64,000 nucleotides of DNA from contig OZ316892.1 in NCBI GenBank assembly GCA_973895155.1, forward strand, positions 167,646 to 231,645, read 5' to 3'. The stretch is from Marsupella aquatica (Eukaryota > Plantae > Marchantiophyta). The first letter of the stretch is position 1. Every line of letters begins with the position of its first letter. The notes under the pieces were generated by a model. It saw only the letters and a list, made by a program, of their open reading frames with translations, searched no databases and was not told the DNA's origin. Both the position numbers and the translations under genes were made by a program. Below, in pieces: positions 1-11,975 of this stretch.

Positions 1-1797
1 AAAAAACAAGAGATTCTCATGTATATGATTGAACATTTGAAGGATTTAACCAATGTTAGACAACAATCAATAATAGCGTCGGGCGCTATTATAGAAACTC
101 AGCGGATTACTTGTATTTTAGGGTCGACTCACCAGAAAATATGTATACTTTTTGGTCTAGAAGGAGTGATGTTTAAAATAGCGTCGGGCGCTATTAATGT
201 TTATCCTCCGAGTTGTCTATCCAACGGATATTTGTAATGGTAACTTTATGCCTGTGTGACCATTTTTACCTCTTGAATGAATGTTAATTACAAGATTCTT
301 CGTTAGATTTGAGTAACCACGTCAGTACTATATGCCAACTGTCCCTTTCTCTTTGGTTTGATTGCTCGATTACCTGATATTTTTCATCATGGAACATTCA
401 TATTTAAGTCAGTTGTCGGTCTTTTTTGGATCTTTTCCTGTCAAAGGTCAATTTGACAAATCTGATCTTTTTGTGTGATTTGTTGTCGTGTCATTTTGTT
501 GCGGGAAAATGATCTCCATACTGGTTGTTTCGGACGTGGGTCGTATCTATCCGATTCCAGCAGAACATTGCAGACCTTCATGAGTGGTTGAGAACTCTCC
601 AAATTTTAGGGCCAAAGACTCTTTATCTAGAGACGGACAACACTTCCCCGGGTAATTCTCAAACATTGGAGACATCTTTTGCTGGTTCTGTTTACACACA
701 ACGCGTTACTCGCTCGACTGCATCACATTCACTTCAGAACTCTGCGTAGACTATCGTATGCTAACAAAAGCAAATATCATCGAATATATGCTAAAAACTC
801 GGTGTTCGTTCCCGTGGAAGAACAAGAATGGGATGAAAAGATGTTTTAAAGTGTTTTGAGTGGTTTAGAGATGGTACTCAACATCTATAAGAAAAATAGA
901 ATCTTAAACAAAACACAAGGAATTAATAAAATAAGAACAAAGTGACATTTGCTGTACAACAAAATCTTAGAGATTTTAGAGGTATAGTTTAGCAATATTT
1001 AACTCCGTCACCATGTCTTAAGAAAGAGCTATGGCATTATTTGAGACGTTGATAAGTCAAACATAACCTTGCTATAACTGCTCTCTAGGTTTCTATCATA
1101 AATCTATGTTTAAGAAGTGTATATGCTCACAAAACCCAAGATAAGTTTCGGATTGTGTGTATAGTAGTGTGTCATTAAAATGCCGGCAACATGTTTTCTT
1201 CTTCAACGATGCGCAATTCCAAAGAAAAACTAATGCACATTCAGTATACCACAATGGTACTTCAAATCCGTGAATTAAGAATGTCGCTACTTCTTAATCA
1301 TATAGATTTCTATTTCTTGATTTAATGCAATACTTATCTTCCAAAGATAAGTCCTTCATGTAAATACAGAAATGGACAACAAATGTTGTAGTTTGGATTA
1401 GGCACTGACCAACGGATCTTCTAATACATTCCACAAACTGTATTTTTATGAGTTTTACTTCTTACGGTAATTGCTACATGCATTACCATACAAAAGAGGG
1501 GTAGACTCCTAGCACAAGTAATCAAATTCCAAGGTATGTAAATCTTCCTTGCAAAATTGCATTACATGTACAAGGGACAAAACTCCAAGATGAGGAGATG
1601 CAAATAACTATCCTCACTGTCTCAAAATGAGATTGGTATCACAATAAGTACATGAGATCGCCCACAGGCTAAGGAGAATGAAGAGACATGCCTCTTCATT
1701 TCCTAAGTCTAAACTAAGTAAAGTAAAAGTCAACTTTGACTAAGGGATAGTCAAATGGTCAAAGCTAAGTAAAAGTCTACAAAATAAAATACTAATC

Positions 1798-2295
1798 TCA
1801 TACTGTAATAGGAGGAGGGTCGACTACAAGTAGAGGGAGGCGAGCTACATAACCAAGGGCTATCTTCCCTTTGGTCCTCTGTCCCTTCAAATACTGTCGA
1901 CGGAAAAGGTCCTCACGGTAACGAATCAAATGAGGCTCACTGGTCTTCCGAATGGGATGTCCATCCGGTCTGATCCAAACAAAGTAATCTGATGGCCATG
2001 GAATGTCTGGAGCTGGAAGAGGGAAAGGTGCTATGACCTTTCTACAATGATAAACCCAACTCCAAAGGTCAGGAGTCTCAATCGTGGGTAATCTCAGCTT
2101 GTCGATAGGTAGCCATAGAATACCACGAGAAATCGGAACCATGTCGTAGGTGTGTGGAAAAGGAAAAGACTCACGACCAAACATAAGTGGAGGTAAAGGA
2201 GGTGCAAGAGGAGTGCGTGCGTCGATGAGTGACGTAATCATCCTATCAAACTGGGCGGTGTCATGAGGTTTCCATCCTAAAGGAGGAATCCTCAT
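1798..2295 (-). CDS. 165-aa Pro/Trp-rich hypothetical ORF inside family D unit
   Basis: Uninterrupted ATG-to-stop ORF with protein-like composition; no recognisable domain. Confidence 0.45.
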   Translation of the reverse strand: MRIPPLGWKPHDTAQFDRMITSLIDARTPLAPPLPPLMFGRESFPFPHTYDMVPISRGILWLPIDKLRLPTIETPDLWSWVYHCRKVIAPFPLPAPDIPWPSDYFVWIRPDGHPIRKTSEPHLIRYREDLFRRQYLKGQRTKGKIALGYVARLPLLVVDPPPITV

Positions 2296-4547
2296 GTTTT
2301 GTGAAGGAAGTTGAAACCAATTTTTGCTTCTAACTTGGGCAAGTTGACTTGACTTGAGCTAACTTGACCAATGTGAAGGAGGAAGTAGAGTTATGAGGGT
2401 CAAGGTAGGGATGAGGTCGAGCCTACCCACCCTTGTTACTATTGTGGGGTATGTTTTTCATTTGTGACCAGCGATTAAGTTATCATTTGGCGGATTGGCG
2501 GAATGGAGGTTGCTTGCTCAACAAGCAAGGTATCTAGGGTTTTGGCGACATGGTGACCAGGTTCATTGAATACATGGAGGAGGTGACCAGGTTCAAGGCA
2601 TGTAAGAGGGTTTGGTCCAAGTGCATCAGTTTTGTGAGATATGGGCCAGATTCCTAGTTTTGTGAAATAAGGACTAGATTCATTGAACCTATATCAACGG
2701 TGGATCTTGGTTGAGTCAATGGATGAATGGATAGGATTGAGGATGAGGACGTGCCTTAGGGTTTGGAGGAGGTCGAGGTTTTTTCGAAAGTGCGAAGCCT
2801 CATTTGGTTACAAAGTTACAAAGGATGGTATTTTGGCTCATTTTTGACCCTTAGATCTTTTTGATGGATGATCAAGGGCTGAAAATTGTCGAGGACTTAA
2901 ACCATAAGTGGAGGGCTTGTGCCTTGCCCCAGGCCTTCCCACGAGAGTACTAAAGAGGAGAGTTCGAAGGGTGGGCTCTCTCTCACACCGTGATGCTGCT
3001 AAAGTGCTGCCGCTTTTGGCAGTTTTTGAGTCTTTGAGTAAGTTTTGAATAGGTAGGAGCGAACCTCTTGAGGGGAGCTCGAGCATGAGGCATGAGTGAA
3101 GGGGGAGCCCTCCTCCTTGGCCATGGCCTTAGGATTTTGAGGGTAGGAGATGTAGAGGCAATTTTGTGAAGAGATAGATGGAGTAGAAGCTTTGAATGTG
3201 AAGAGATTGAGTTTTGTGACGGTTTTTCTAAGGATTTGGAGAGAGGTTTTGAATGTAGGAGAGGCTGACTCGAAGCCTTAGGAAGGAGGTAGGATGTGAG
3301 TAGGAAGTATAAGGAGCTTGCATGAGAGATTGCCCACAAGAAGGCATACTCGAATGTAGGTTTGTTGCTTCAAGTTTTGAGGAGAATGGACTTGTAGGAG
3401 ATTTTTGAAAGCTTAGAGGAGATGTGACCTAATCTTGTTGAAGCTTGGGAGTCTTGCATTAGAGATGGCTCACTAAGAAGGCCTACTCTCTTGTAAACTC
3501 CTTGACTTGAAGCTTCGAAAGTAGATTTGGTTGAAAGAAGGAAGTATGAGAGAAGGAGACTAGGGTTTTGAAGCTTGGATAGGCTATGGAGGGATTTTGA
3601 ATGCTTGGTTGATGATTAGACTTGGTGATGATTCATTTTTGCTAGGAGGGTCTTGCTTGTGACCCATGTTTTTACTTGGAGGCCATGATGCTACATGTGC
3701 CTTCTTGCTATGCATTTAGAGGAGAGGTATCCTCGTTTTTGAGATGTGTGTTGATGCCTTGCTTTGGCTATGAGTGATGGAATGGTTAGAATGAATGTCT
3801 TCATGCCATTTTCAAATGTTGTTGTGAGCTTGAAGGTGTTTTTGAAAGTAGATGGGTTGAATGAAGGTACTTTTGAAAGTAGTTATTATGCATGAGGGAA
3901 GTTGCAAGAGTAAAGAGTGAAGGCATTTTCGATTGATGGAATGGGTTGTTTGTGGATTATACTTGGTGGTTCTACTAGAGGAAGGGACTAAGGTCAATTC
4001 CATGTTTGTTAAGGAGTTTGTTGACCAACCCTAGGTCACTTTTCGAAAGTAGTTTCCCATGTTTTGAAAGTTGGATGTTTGAATGGTGCATAGAGATGCC
4101 TTGCATACCTTTGGATGTCCCACTTGTCTTAGCCACAACCAAGAGTGACCCTTAACTTGACCACATTGATGTATGCTTGAACTTGTGTACCTTAGAGGGT
4201 TGCAAGGGATTGTGTCCAATCAAGTGTTGGAAAAGGAATGGTGATCAATTGAATGTTGGGCTTAGACTTGTGAGGATTACATTGGGAAGCTTGAACTAGT
4301 TATTTTGATTGTGATTGGATATGAGTATGTAAATGGCTTGAGTTTCGAAAGCATGCTTGCTTGCTTGTGATGATGTGGATGAAAGGTTAGGGTAGATACT
4401 TTGTCTTGTTTGCAACCGTTTCTTATCTCAAGCAGCCATACACCCTGCGTGTCCCTTGAGGCCCTTTCCCACCTCTTTGCTTATCCTCAAGACAGCGGGA
4501 AAGACAAAAAGAGGCTCAATGTCGGCAATAGAAGAGACAATAGGAGG

Positions 4548-5875
4548 CTAAGACATCAAAGGAGTAGGAGCTATAAATGGTACACTGGGAGGCTCTACAG
4601 TCTCAGGCTCAGGCTCAGTCTCGGGAATAGGCTCAGGAATAGGTTCATCTCCTTCCATGGTAGGAGAGGGAAATGAATCATCAAGGGGTGATAGGGTGGT
4701 ATCCTCAATAGAGGAAAATGGATCTGGAGGGGGTACTGGTGAAGGGGGTAAAGGAGATGGAGGGTGCTCAGGTGAAAATGTAGGAGGGATAGGGGAAAGA
4801 ATGGGATCAGGTAGAGGGGGTGTAGGTGAGGATGGAGAAGGGAGTGAAGGGTCAACAATAGGTAGCTCCGGCTCATCCACATCCATAGGGTGATCAGGCT
4901 GTGGTGAAGGTGCAGGGGGTGAGACATGAGGGGGTGGGACGGTACGAGACTCGGAAAGCAAAGCACGAATACAGTCAAGCAACTGTAGAGGGGTACAACT
5001 CAAGAGTCTAGTGGCCTCATCTACCAAATGCTGGTTGAAACCAGCCACACTAGCTAGTCGCTCAGCATCACCAACAAAATCAGTCCATGACGTGTAAGAA
5101 GTGGAAGCAACAAAAGAGGGAGAAGTCATCCCTGGTAGATCTGGTGCTGTCGTCTGCTCCACTGGAGGGGGTCTCGGAGATGTCGTCGGTGGTGGAGTCA
5201 ACTCTCTCGCTAACTCTGGCTGAGGTAGCTCAAAGTGTCTCGCTCTCCTCCTCCAATCGCTCAGCTCCACTGGTAATAAGCAGCCTCTCGAAAAGTAAAT
5301 GTGCGCCAAGTAGGGTGTCAGATAGGTATCACCGGTAGTAGACAAGACAGCCACCTGCTTGGCGATCACCTCCAAAAGAGCTAAGGCCCAGTTGATCCTC
5401 CTCTTGCCGGTCCATGATACGATGATAGAGCTGGTCAAGTAAACCATAGCCCTGGTGGGTTTGGTTGGATGAAAGATAGGTACAAGGAATCAGAGTAGAT
5501 GAGCTAACTCCCGGTTCCTGCACTGATCAATCTTCCAACCAGACCTCCGGTCCCTGGTACCTCTAAAATAGGGGACAGTAAAGTCCTCTCCAACAGAGAT
5601 AAGTCTCTCTCCCTCCTGGCTCAACTGGTACACCTCAGAAACAATGGCGGTGGTACACACATCAGCTGAACCTCTAGTAGAACTCCGAAAAGTGCCAGCT
5701 TGGGGTGGACGAAGAAAATCGGCAATGATGGACCCATGCACCATATCCCAAGGAAGAAAAAGTAAGGAACTCAAGCCCATCTCTACCAGGTTACTAAGGA
5801 GTCTAAGTAAGCCTTAGGACCTGGAGGTAAGGTCACCCTGATGGCCTTACTAATTGGTAAGCTTCTGGTGGCCAT
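4548..5875 (-). pseudogene. PMD/plant-transposon-like accessory protein with Pro-rich tail (family D)
   Basis: ORFs 5490-5780 and 4548-5447 are in one frame across a TGA. Motifs GLSSLLFLPWD, GWKIDQCRN, FLVPIFHPTKPTR, INWA, YLTPYLAHIY. Putative ATG at 5875 is frameshifted. Confidence 0.6.
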
Positions 5876-6313
5876 AGCTCAGAAAATCTGAGAAGGCTCT
5901 AGAGCTCTCCTCCTCAAAATGGTTAAGCATTGAGGCTCAAGAATGAAATCTCAGGGATCTAAGGTAGTTGCGCTACTATGGGAGAAGGAATGAACTGAAA
6001 AGAGATAGAAATGAAGGAGCTCTGATCAGGCGAAGCTCTCAAAATTGCAATTTCTTCAATTCCAAGAAATCAGAGAGCATCGATGACCCAATACTCCTCA
6101 ACGTCTCATCAATAGCAGTTCAAAATCGGGGTGAACATTCTCTAGGCAGCTGCGCTCCTATAGCAATTGAAATGAGCTCGAATGGTGGTCTAACGAGTGA
6201 GCACTGAGGGTCAAAGCTCGCGCCCTACTGCCGGCCGCCATGGACATCCCTCAAAGAAAACTGGAGAAAAAGGTTTGGGCTGGCGCGGACGTCACATTAG
6301 GTCGTGGCGGGGT

Positions 6314-9300
6314 TGTGATGCCTAGCCAAGAATCACTCGGCCAGTTAAGTGGGTAAAGCAGGAGTACACCCTAGAAACACCTTAGTATAGGGACAAAACA
6401 AGGAAAATATAAACAATTAGGGGTGACTATGGAACCCGGGCCGAGGCCGGAGGTAAGGACGCTGGGGGTGAAAACAAGATTAGGGTTAGGGCGCGCTAAG
6501 CGTCGGCGGCTAGGAAGGATCAACGGGAGGAAGGACCGGAAGAGGAGAGGGGTAAGGAGCGCTTGCAGGGAATAGTGGCTCATTTGCGAGCACGAACTAG
6601 GCAGACGACTACGGGAGGCCAACTACTGTCAGCTGCTTAAGCAAGCACTCGGGGAGAGAGTAGATACCGACGATTGACCTAAGGAGGGTATGAGCAACGT
6701 CAATCAAGCGACATATTTCTGGGGATGCCTGTTCGAACGGGCAACTGAGTACATCAAGACTTACGAGGACGAAGAATCAGAAAGGGCAGCTCGAGAATGG
6801 CAGGAGCTCGCTCGATTGTGGGAGCTACAGAAGACGGCTTTCTTAGGAGGCGAACTCATCAAGGCCGAGTTCTTGTGGACTCCTACTTCCAATCAGCTCG
6901 ACGATCTTTTGTTTTGCGAAGATAGAGTCGTCGGCATCCGAGAAGCCATCAAACGCTGCAATAACATACACTGGGAGTTGAAGGGTAGCACGGAGGGGTG
7001 GACAAAGGCAACCGTGCTAGGAGAAACCTCCACGGCAGCCGAAATGAAGAGGAAGGGAGCCATCAACGATGAAGCCACCCCAGCAAAAAGAACGAGGTCG
7101 GCGGCACCAAAGAAGCCAGCCGAGCAGCAGAGCAGGAGGCAGGGAGAAGCCAAAGAGGAGGACGATCCCATCAATGCCATTCCAACCAGGGATGACACCT
7201 GGAAGGGCTGGGCGGCAACCCTACCAAAGGAGGTGCAACTACATTTTGCACGAGAGGAGGATGCATGCTTTACGGCCATGCAGACCAAGAAGTACCAAGG
7301 CTTCATGGCCGGATCCGGCTTAGAGGCCTTTGTAAGATTACCATGGCTAAAGTCGGAGGTGTCGGATTCAGACCTATTAGAATTCGTGGGGTCATGGGAA
7401 CCCGAGACCAATTCCACGAGGATATATGGGAAGGATTTCTATCTTACTCCCAAGGTGATTGCCGAAGTGTTTGGCTTGCCGATAGGCAATAAGACCAAAG
7501 TTGATACCAGGAAGACCTTGCCTGACAAGGAGTTCCGGTCGTTCCCCGGGCCATCAACAAAGAATGGCTTCTTCCGGAACACCTGCACCAACCCGCACAT
7601 AGGAGAGATGATTGACTTCTTGCGGGTGACCATGCATTGTAACTTGCCGAGGGCAGAGATCGGCAAGGCACAAGTCTATCTGGCAGAGAGGCCAGACCCA
7701 AGCCGGGACTACAACGGGTACCTCCTCAACCAATTGAAGAAGATCTTAAAGGAGGAGCAGCAGGTAATCGGCGTGGGGAGCGTGTCGCGACTTGGCTATC
7801 ACATGCCGTTGTTGTGCCGGTATGCCAGAGGTCAGACCTTTGCCCCAGTACTTCCCCTACAGGTAAGGGCACCCGAGGAAGCTCCAGCACTGAGGCCGGT
7901 AGCAAAGAAGCCTCAACCACCTGTTAGCCCTACGATTGAGCAGGTGTTTAGGCCAAGGAAGGAAGACTTGCCGATGCAGCAACCAAACATGCAGAATCTG
8001 CTGAAGATGCTGGAGAAGGAAAAGACGGCACTGGCACCAGCTTCGGCAGCGGCACCAATACAGGACACTGCCCCAGAGGTCAACCTAAGCAGACTTAGAA
8101 GGGAAAACCCCTTTATCAGAAATAAGGAGAGAATCAGGCCAGAATCCAAGCCGGGTGTTCGAATGTACGTGGGAGTCTCAAGCTCTGAATTTGAGGCAGA
8201 ATTGCCTGAAGCTCCTACCGGCGAAGAGGAGAGGGAGAAGCCGGAAGTCCAAGAGGTGGAGGAGGCAGTGGAGGACTGCAGCCATGATAACTCCGGCTAT
8301 GGGTCGGACCATCACGTTCCAGGAGTAAGGACCTGTGGCCGGTTTATCCCCACACTTCCAAGGGTAGTTTGAGGGGACCCCAACCAGCAGAGTAGCCCCG
8401 AGTCTCCCCCACCAGATGTTGCTCCCCCGAGCTTTGACGGCATAAAGCAGACGGCACAGGAATTTCAGGAGCGACTTAGGGAAGCAGAGGAGGCAGCCCT
8501 GGCTAGGGAAAAGGATTTGCCAGGAGGAGATTGGCCGGAGGACATCAGGCGGCTAGCCGAAAAAGGAAGCAAACCTCTAGCCACGATTGAAGAGGTCCGC
8601 AAGACGGCTTGGGAGCAGAGGCCGCGTTGGGCGATGCCGATCACTTCTACTTACTCCACCTACGCTAAGAATAGAGCCATGGAGTATGGTGAGATATGTG
8701 GGGAACTTGCGCTTGGCATCTTTGGGGAGGAGTTGGAGGTAGGACCCTTTTTCCATAGGGAGCAGTTGGAGAAGCACCAATTAGAAGAAGCGGTGGCTTT
8801 AGAGAGAAGCAAGAAGGACGAGGTCATCCGGCGGCTTAGGAGGATGGAAGTCGAGATTGAAGATCTAAGGGCGGCCAAGAAAGCCCAGGATGAACTGCGG
8901 ATTAAGCGGCATGAGCTGAACATCATGCAGGGGCAGTTGGACACCGCGCAGGCTGATAATCAGACTATCAAGGATAAACTGACTCAGACCCAGGGAGAAT
9001 TGGCCGATGCAATCAAGGACAAGGAGAAATGGAAGAAGGAGCTGAGAGACGCAGAGGAGGCCCATATAGCAGTCAACAACCGCGTCACGGCGGAGACTCA
9101 GAGAAGGGAGAGGGCGCTGAAGGAAGAGCTCGAGGTCATCCGCAGAACCCTTGAGCAAAAGGAGGCCGAGTTAGGGAAATCCTATCAAGGGATTATTGCG
9201 CTACAACAGGAGCTTGCATCCCGAACGGCCAGCTTCAAGGCCGACCTGCGGGAGAAGGACGCCCAGCTCGACCAGACTTATGCCAAGATGAATAACATGG

Positions 9301-10997
9301 AGTCTGAGGTCGTAGCGGAGCTCGACAAGGAGCTAAGAGCAACCCAGGAGGAGAGGGCTACCACCAAGAAGGAATTGGAGGAAGCCCACAGGGAATTGGA
9401 GGAAGCCAAAAACGAGCTGGAGGAGGCACGTAAGGACCTGGATGAGACCCAGGAGGAGTTGGAGGAAATCACGAGGAAGATGGAGAACCTACAGCGGCGG
9501 GCCGACAACCAAACAGAGCGGCTGAAGAAACAAGCCGCAGTATTTAAATGCTTAGCTGCATCAGGTCCATCTCCCGTTGTGGCAAACCAGTTACCCGGGG
9601 TGGTAATTGCCGAAGGACCAGCCGTGACACACGGCCCGGTGCCGGACGTTGGCGGCAAGGGGAAGGAACCGGCTATAGAGATAGTGAAGAAGAAGAAGCG
9701 GAAACCTTTGGGGTCCGGAGGTTATTCGACCCCTCAAGCCGTACTCAAACCAGTACCAACCTCCAACATGAACACGGCAATAGATCCCGCTATCACCAAA
9801 GGTGGGGATGGCGCGGCCCAAGCCGAACTACTCAGTAATGAGGCCGGTATCCCAGATCCACCTCTTGAGCAAGCCGGGGAGGCCGTGGCCAAAGCTGAGG
9901 CCGTAGCCGAGGCTGAGGCTGTAGCCGAGAATGATTTCCGAGCCGAGGCCAAAGCCGAGGGTGGGCCCAGTGAGGCCGATGGAGAGTTGACTCAGTCAAG
10001 GACAGGTAATCTGTCAGAGAACAAACCTACGGCAGTGGTTGCGGAGGAAGCGTTGGGGGCGTCCATTGAGGATCCACCACCGGTGTCGTGACGGTGCAAG
10101 GGCGCCGTTCCTTTTAGGAAGGGTGGACGTGGAGGGAGGAGGCGTGAGTGGGCAGGGCGGGCTCAGATCTCTAAGTTTAGGATTAGGATCAAGACCAGGA
10201 GGTGGCCGTGACACTTAGCTTAGTGGGATTGCGGTTCCACTGGTAAGAGCAACACTTGTACTCCTGCCTCGCTGTACATAGGTAGATCCAGTTAGGTAGA
10301 TTAGGCTTACGCTGCAAAGAATTAGGCAGATCCACTACCAGGATAAGTACTTGGGCAGCGGGGAGCTCAGGGCCTCTTCTTTAGCAAGTTTTTAGTTTGC
10401 ACCAGCCGGGCTGGGATCAAGTAGTAAGAGAAGCTCTCGGTTAGTCATACAGTGACCCTTGTGTATATTCATGTTTCCTCATGCCTAAGAGCTGAATAGA
10501 GTTGGCCTCACGGCTTAGTTTGCAGAGCTTGTGTATGAGATGTACTGTTTGTATGACAAGTGCATGGTATGACTCAGTCAGAAGGAGTCATTTTGCTATT
10601 TGTGTGTCGCATTAACTTGTGTGAAGAGTGCCCACATCAACTAACAGAGGAAGGAAAGTAAGCAGGGGAGTGAGAGTTGGATGTGTCGAGCTGAGAGAGG
10701 TCTTAGCGGCTTAACCAAGCCTATTGGGGATCATTCCGGCGGCGGAATCCAAACATACCTAACAAGACGGAGGGGAAGATAAGGAAAGGCCTAGATTAGG
10801 CCGGCTACATATCTCATGACCCGATGAAGGATCTGTCCAGTATATGTGTGTAAAATGTTAATAGTAGTAGTAGAAGGAGGTTAGCAGCGTCCCATGCCGC
10901 TAAGCCGCGGAAACAGCCTCGCCAAGTGCAAAACCTGCGGGAATCGGCTTGCGCTGGGGGGGTTTCTTGGGTTTAGGGAGCCATGGGATGCACCACA
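6314..10997 (+). mobile_element. Family A solo LTR (4,684 bp)
   Basis: TGTGATGCC...CACCACA termini, perfect TSD GGGGT (6309-6313 / 10998-11002), colinear with the LTRs of the 37235-52787 element. Confidence 0.95.
6429..10091 (+). pseudogene. LTR-encoded ~1,220-codon ORF (PMD-like domain + coiled coil), copy 1
   Basis: Single frame from ATG 115 nt into the LTR; three stops (6573 TAG, 6675 TGA, 8370 TGA) where other copies have TGG/CGA. Confidence 0.85.
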
Positions 10998-11426
10998 GGG
11001 GTGGACGTCCCGGACGTCCCTACGTGGAGGCCGTCCAAGACGTCCTTGAGTTTTTCATGTGGGCCGGCGCGGAAGGAGTCGGCCGTCCTTGCAAAAAATG
11101 GGTGTCGTCCAGGGCCGTCCCTGCGTGGAGGCCGTCCAAGCCGGCGCCGTCTTTGCCGTCTTTCGTGAGGAGGCCGTCCAGGCCGTCACCTCATTTTTGA
11201 AGCTCCTTTCAACTTCTTGTCGTCTTGACGTCTAATATGTGAAAACCAGAGTAGCCTTGACGTCTTCCAATGGTATCCTTACCCATTTGAGCTTATACTA
11301 ACTTAATTTTGCTTAAAGGGCCTTATAAAAACTTCAAAATTTTTAAAATTTATGGTTTTGATACTTTAACTCTCTTTTTGGAATAATCACCTAATTACAC
11401 AGACGTTCCCAACACAGAGACGAGGT

Positions 11427-11975
11427 GTGATGGAGAATTTGAGTGATTTCATCATGGAGGACGGGTGTGAAGGGTCGCTAGCGATGGGAGATATGATTGC
11501 CAAACATGCAATGTCGTTCGGCACTGATTTCAGAGGAGAGCCCAAGGACCCTCCGCGTATACCGCTTTGTCGCCTGTTCAATATGGAAGTTGTTCGGACT
11601 CTCCAGAAGGAGAGCGCTTCAATCGAGAAGCTTAAAGAATCATTTTGTAGTTCCGGTTAAAACTCCTCCATTGGGATGCGATTCTGAAGGCGTCATCCAA
11701 TTTTGTACCCCCGAAATCCGCGAGAGTTGGGATGCTGTCTGGACTGTCCAGAATGAGAAATTTGAAGCGGACTGTGAAGCAGATCCAGATTTCCTTGTCT
11801 TAAAAGATAAGATGTTTTGTGTGTTTGACGGGAATCATCGTCTGTATTCCTGGTCATAGGTAACAAAAGAGAACCCCAAAAATGTCAAGTACCACCCTCG
11901 TGTGCTATGCACTATGTTCAAGGGAGATCGAGGTTCTCTTATTGAGATTGAAGCCGCCATGCACACTGTCAATCA
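11427..11975 (+). pseudogene. ParB/Sulfiredoxin-like N-terminal domain exon
   Basis: RIPLCRL..VVRTLQ..IEKLKESF.SSG followed, after a frameshift near 11660, by MFCVFDGNHRLYSW, which matches the ParB/Srx DGxHR signature. Confidence 0.65.

Larger units (their letters stand above)
752..11399 (-). mobile_element. Family D solo-LTR-like unit (~5.96 kb after removing the nested LTR) carrying ORFs
   Basis: Left end T(A/G)TCGTATGC (intact TG in the second copy at 54121), right end TAATTACA. TSD TAGAC (747-751) / CAGAC (11400-11404). Excision restores the flanking reading frame. No gag/pol seen inside. Confidence 0.75.

Noticed and set aside
4657-4893. Gly-rich ORF on the plus strand
   Set aside because: Antisense of the Pro-rich tail of the 4548-5447 ORF.
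6893-9952. Recurrent antisense and alternate-frame ORFs in all family A LTR copies
   Set aside because: Shadows of the long GC-rich sense ORF; they recur only because the DNA is repeated.
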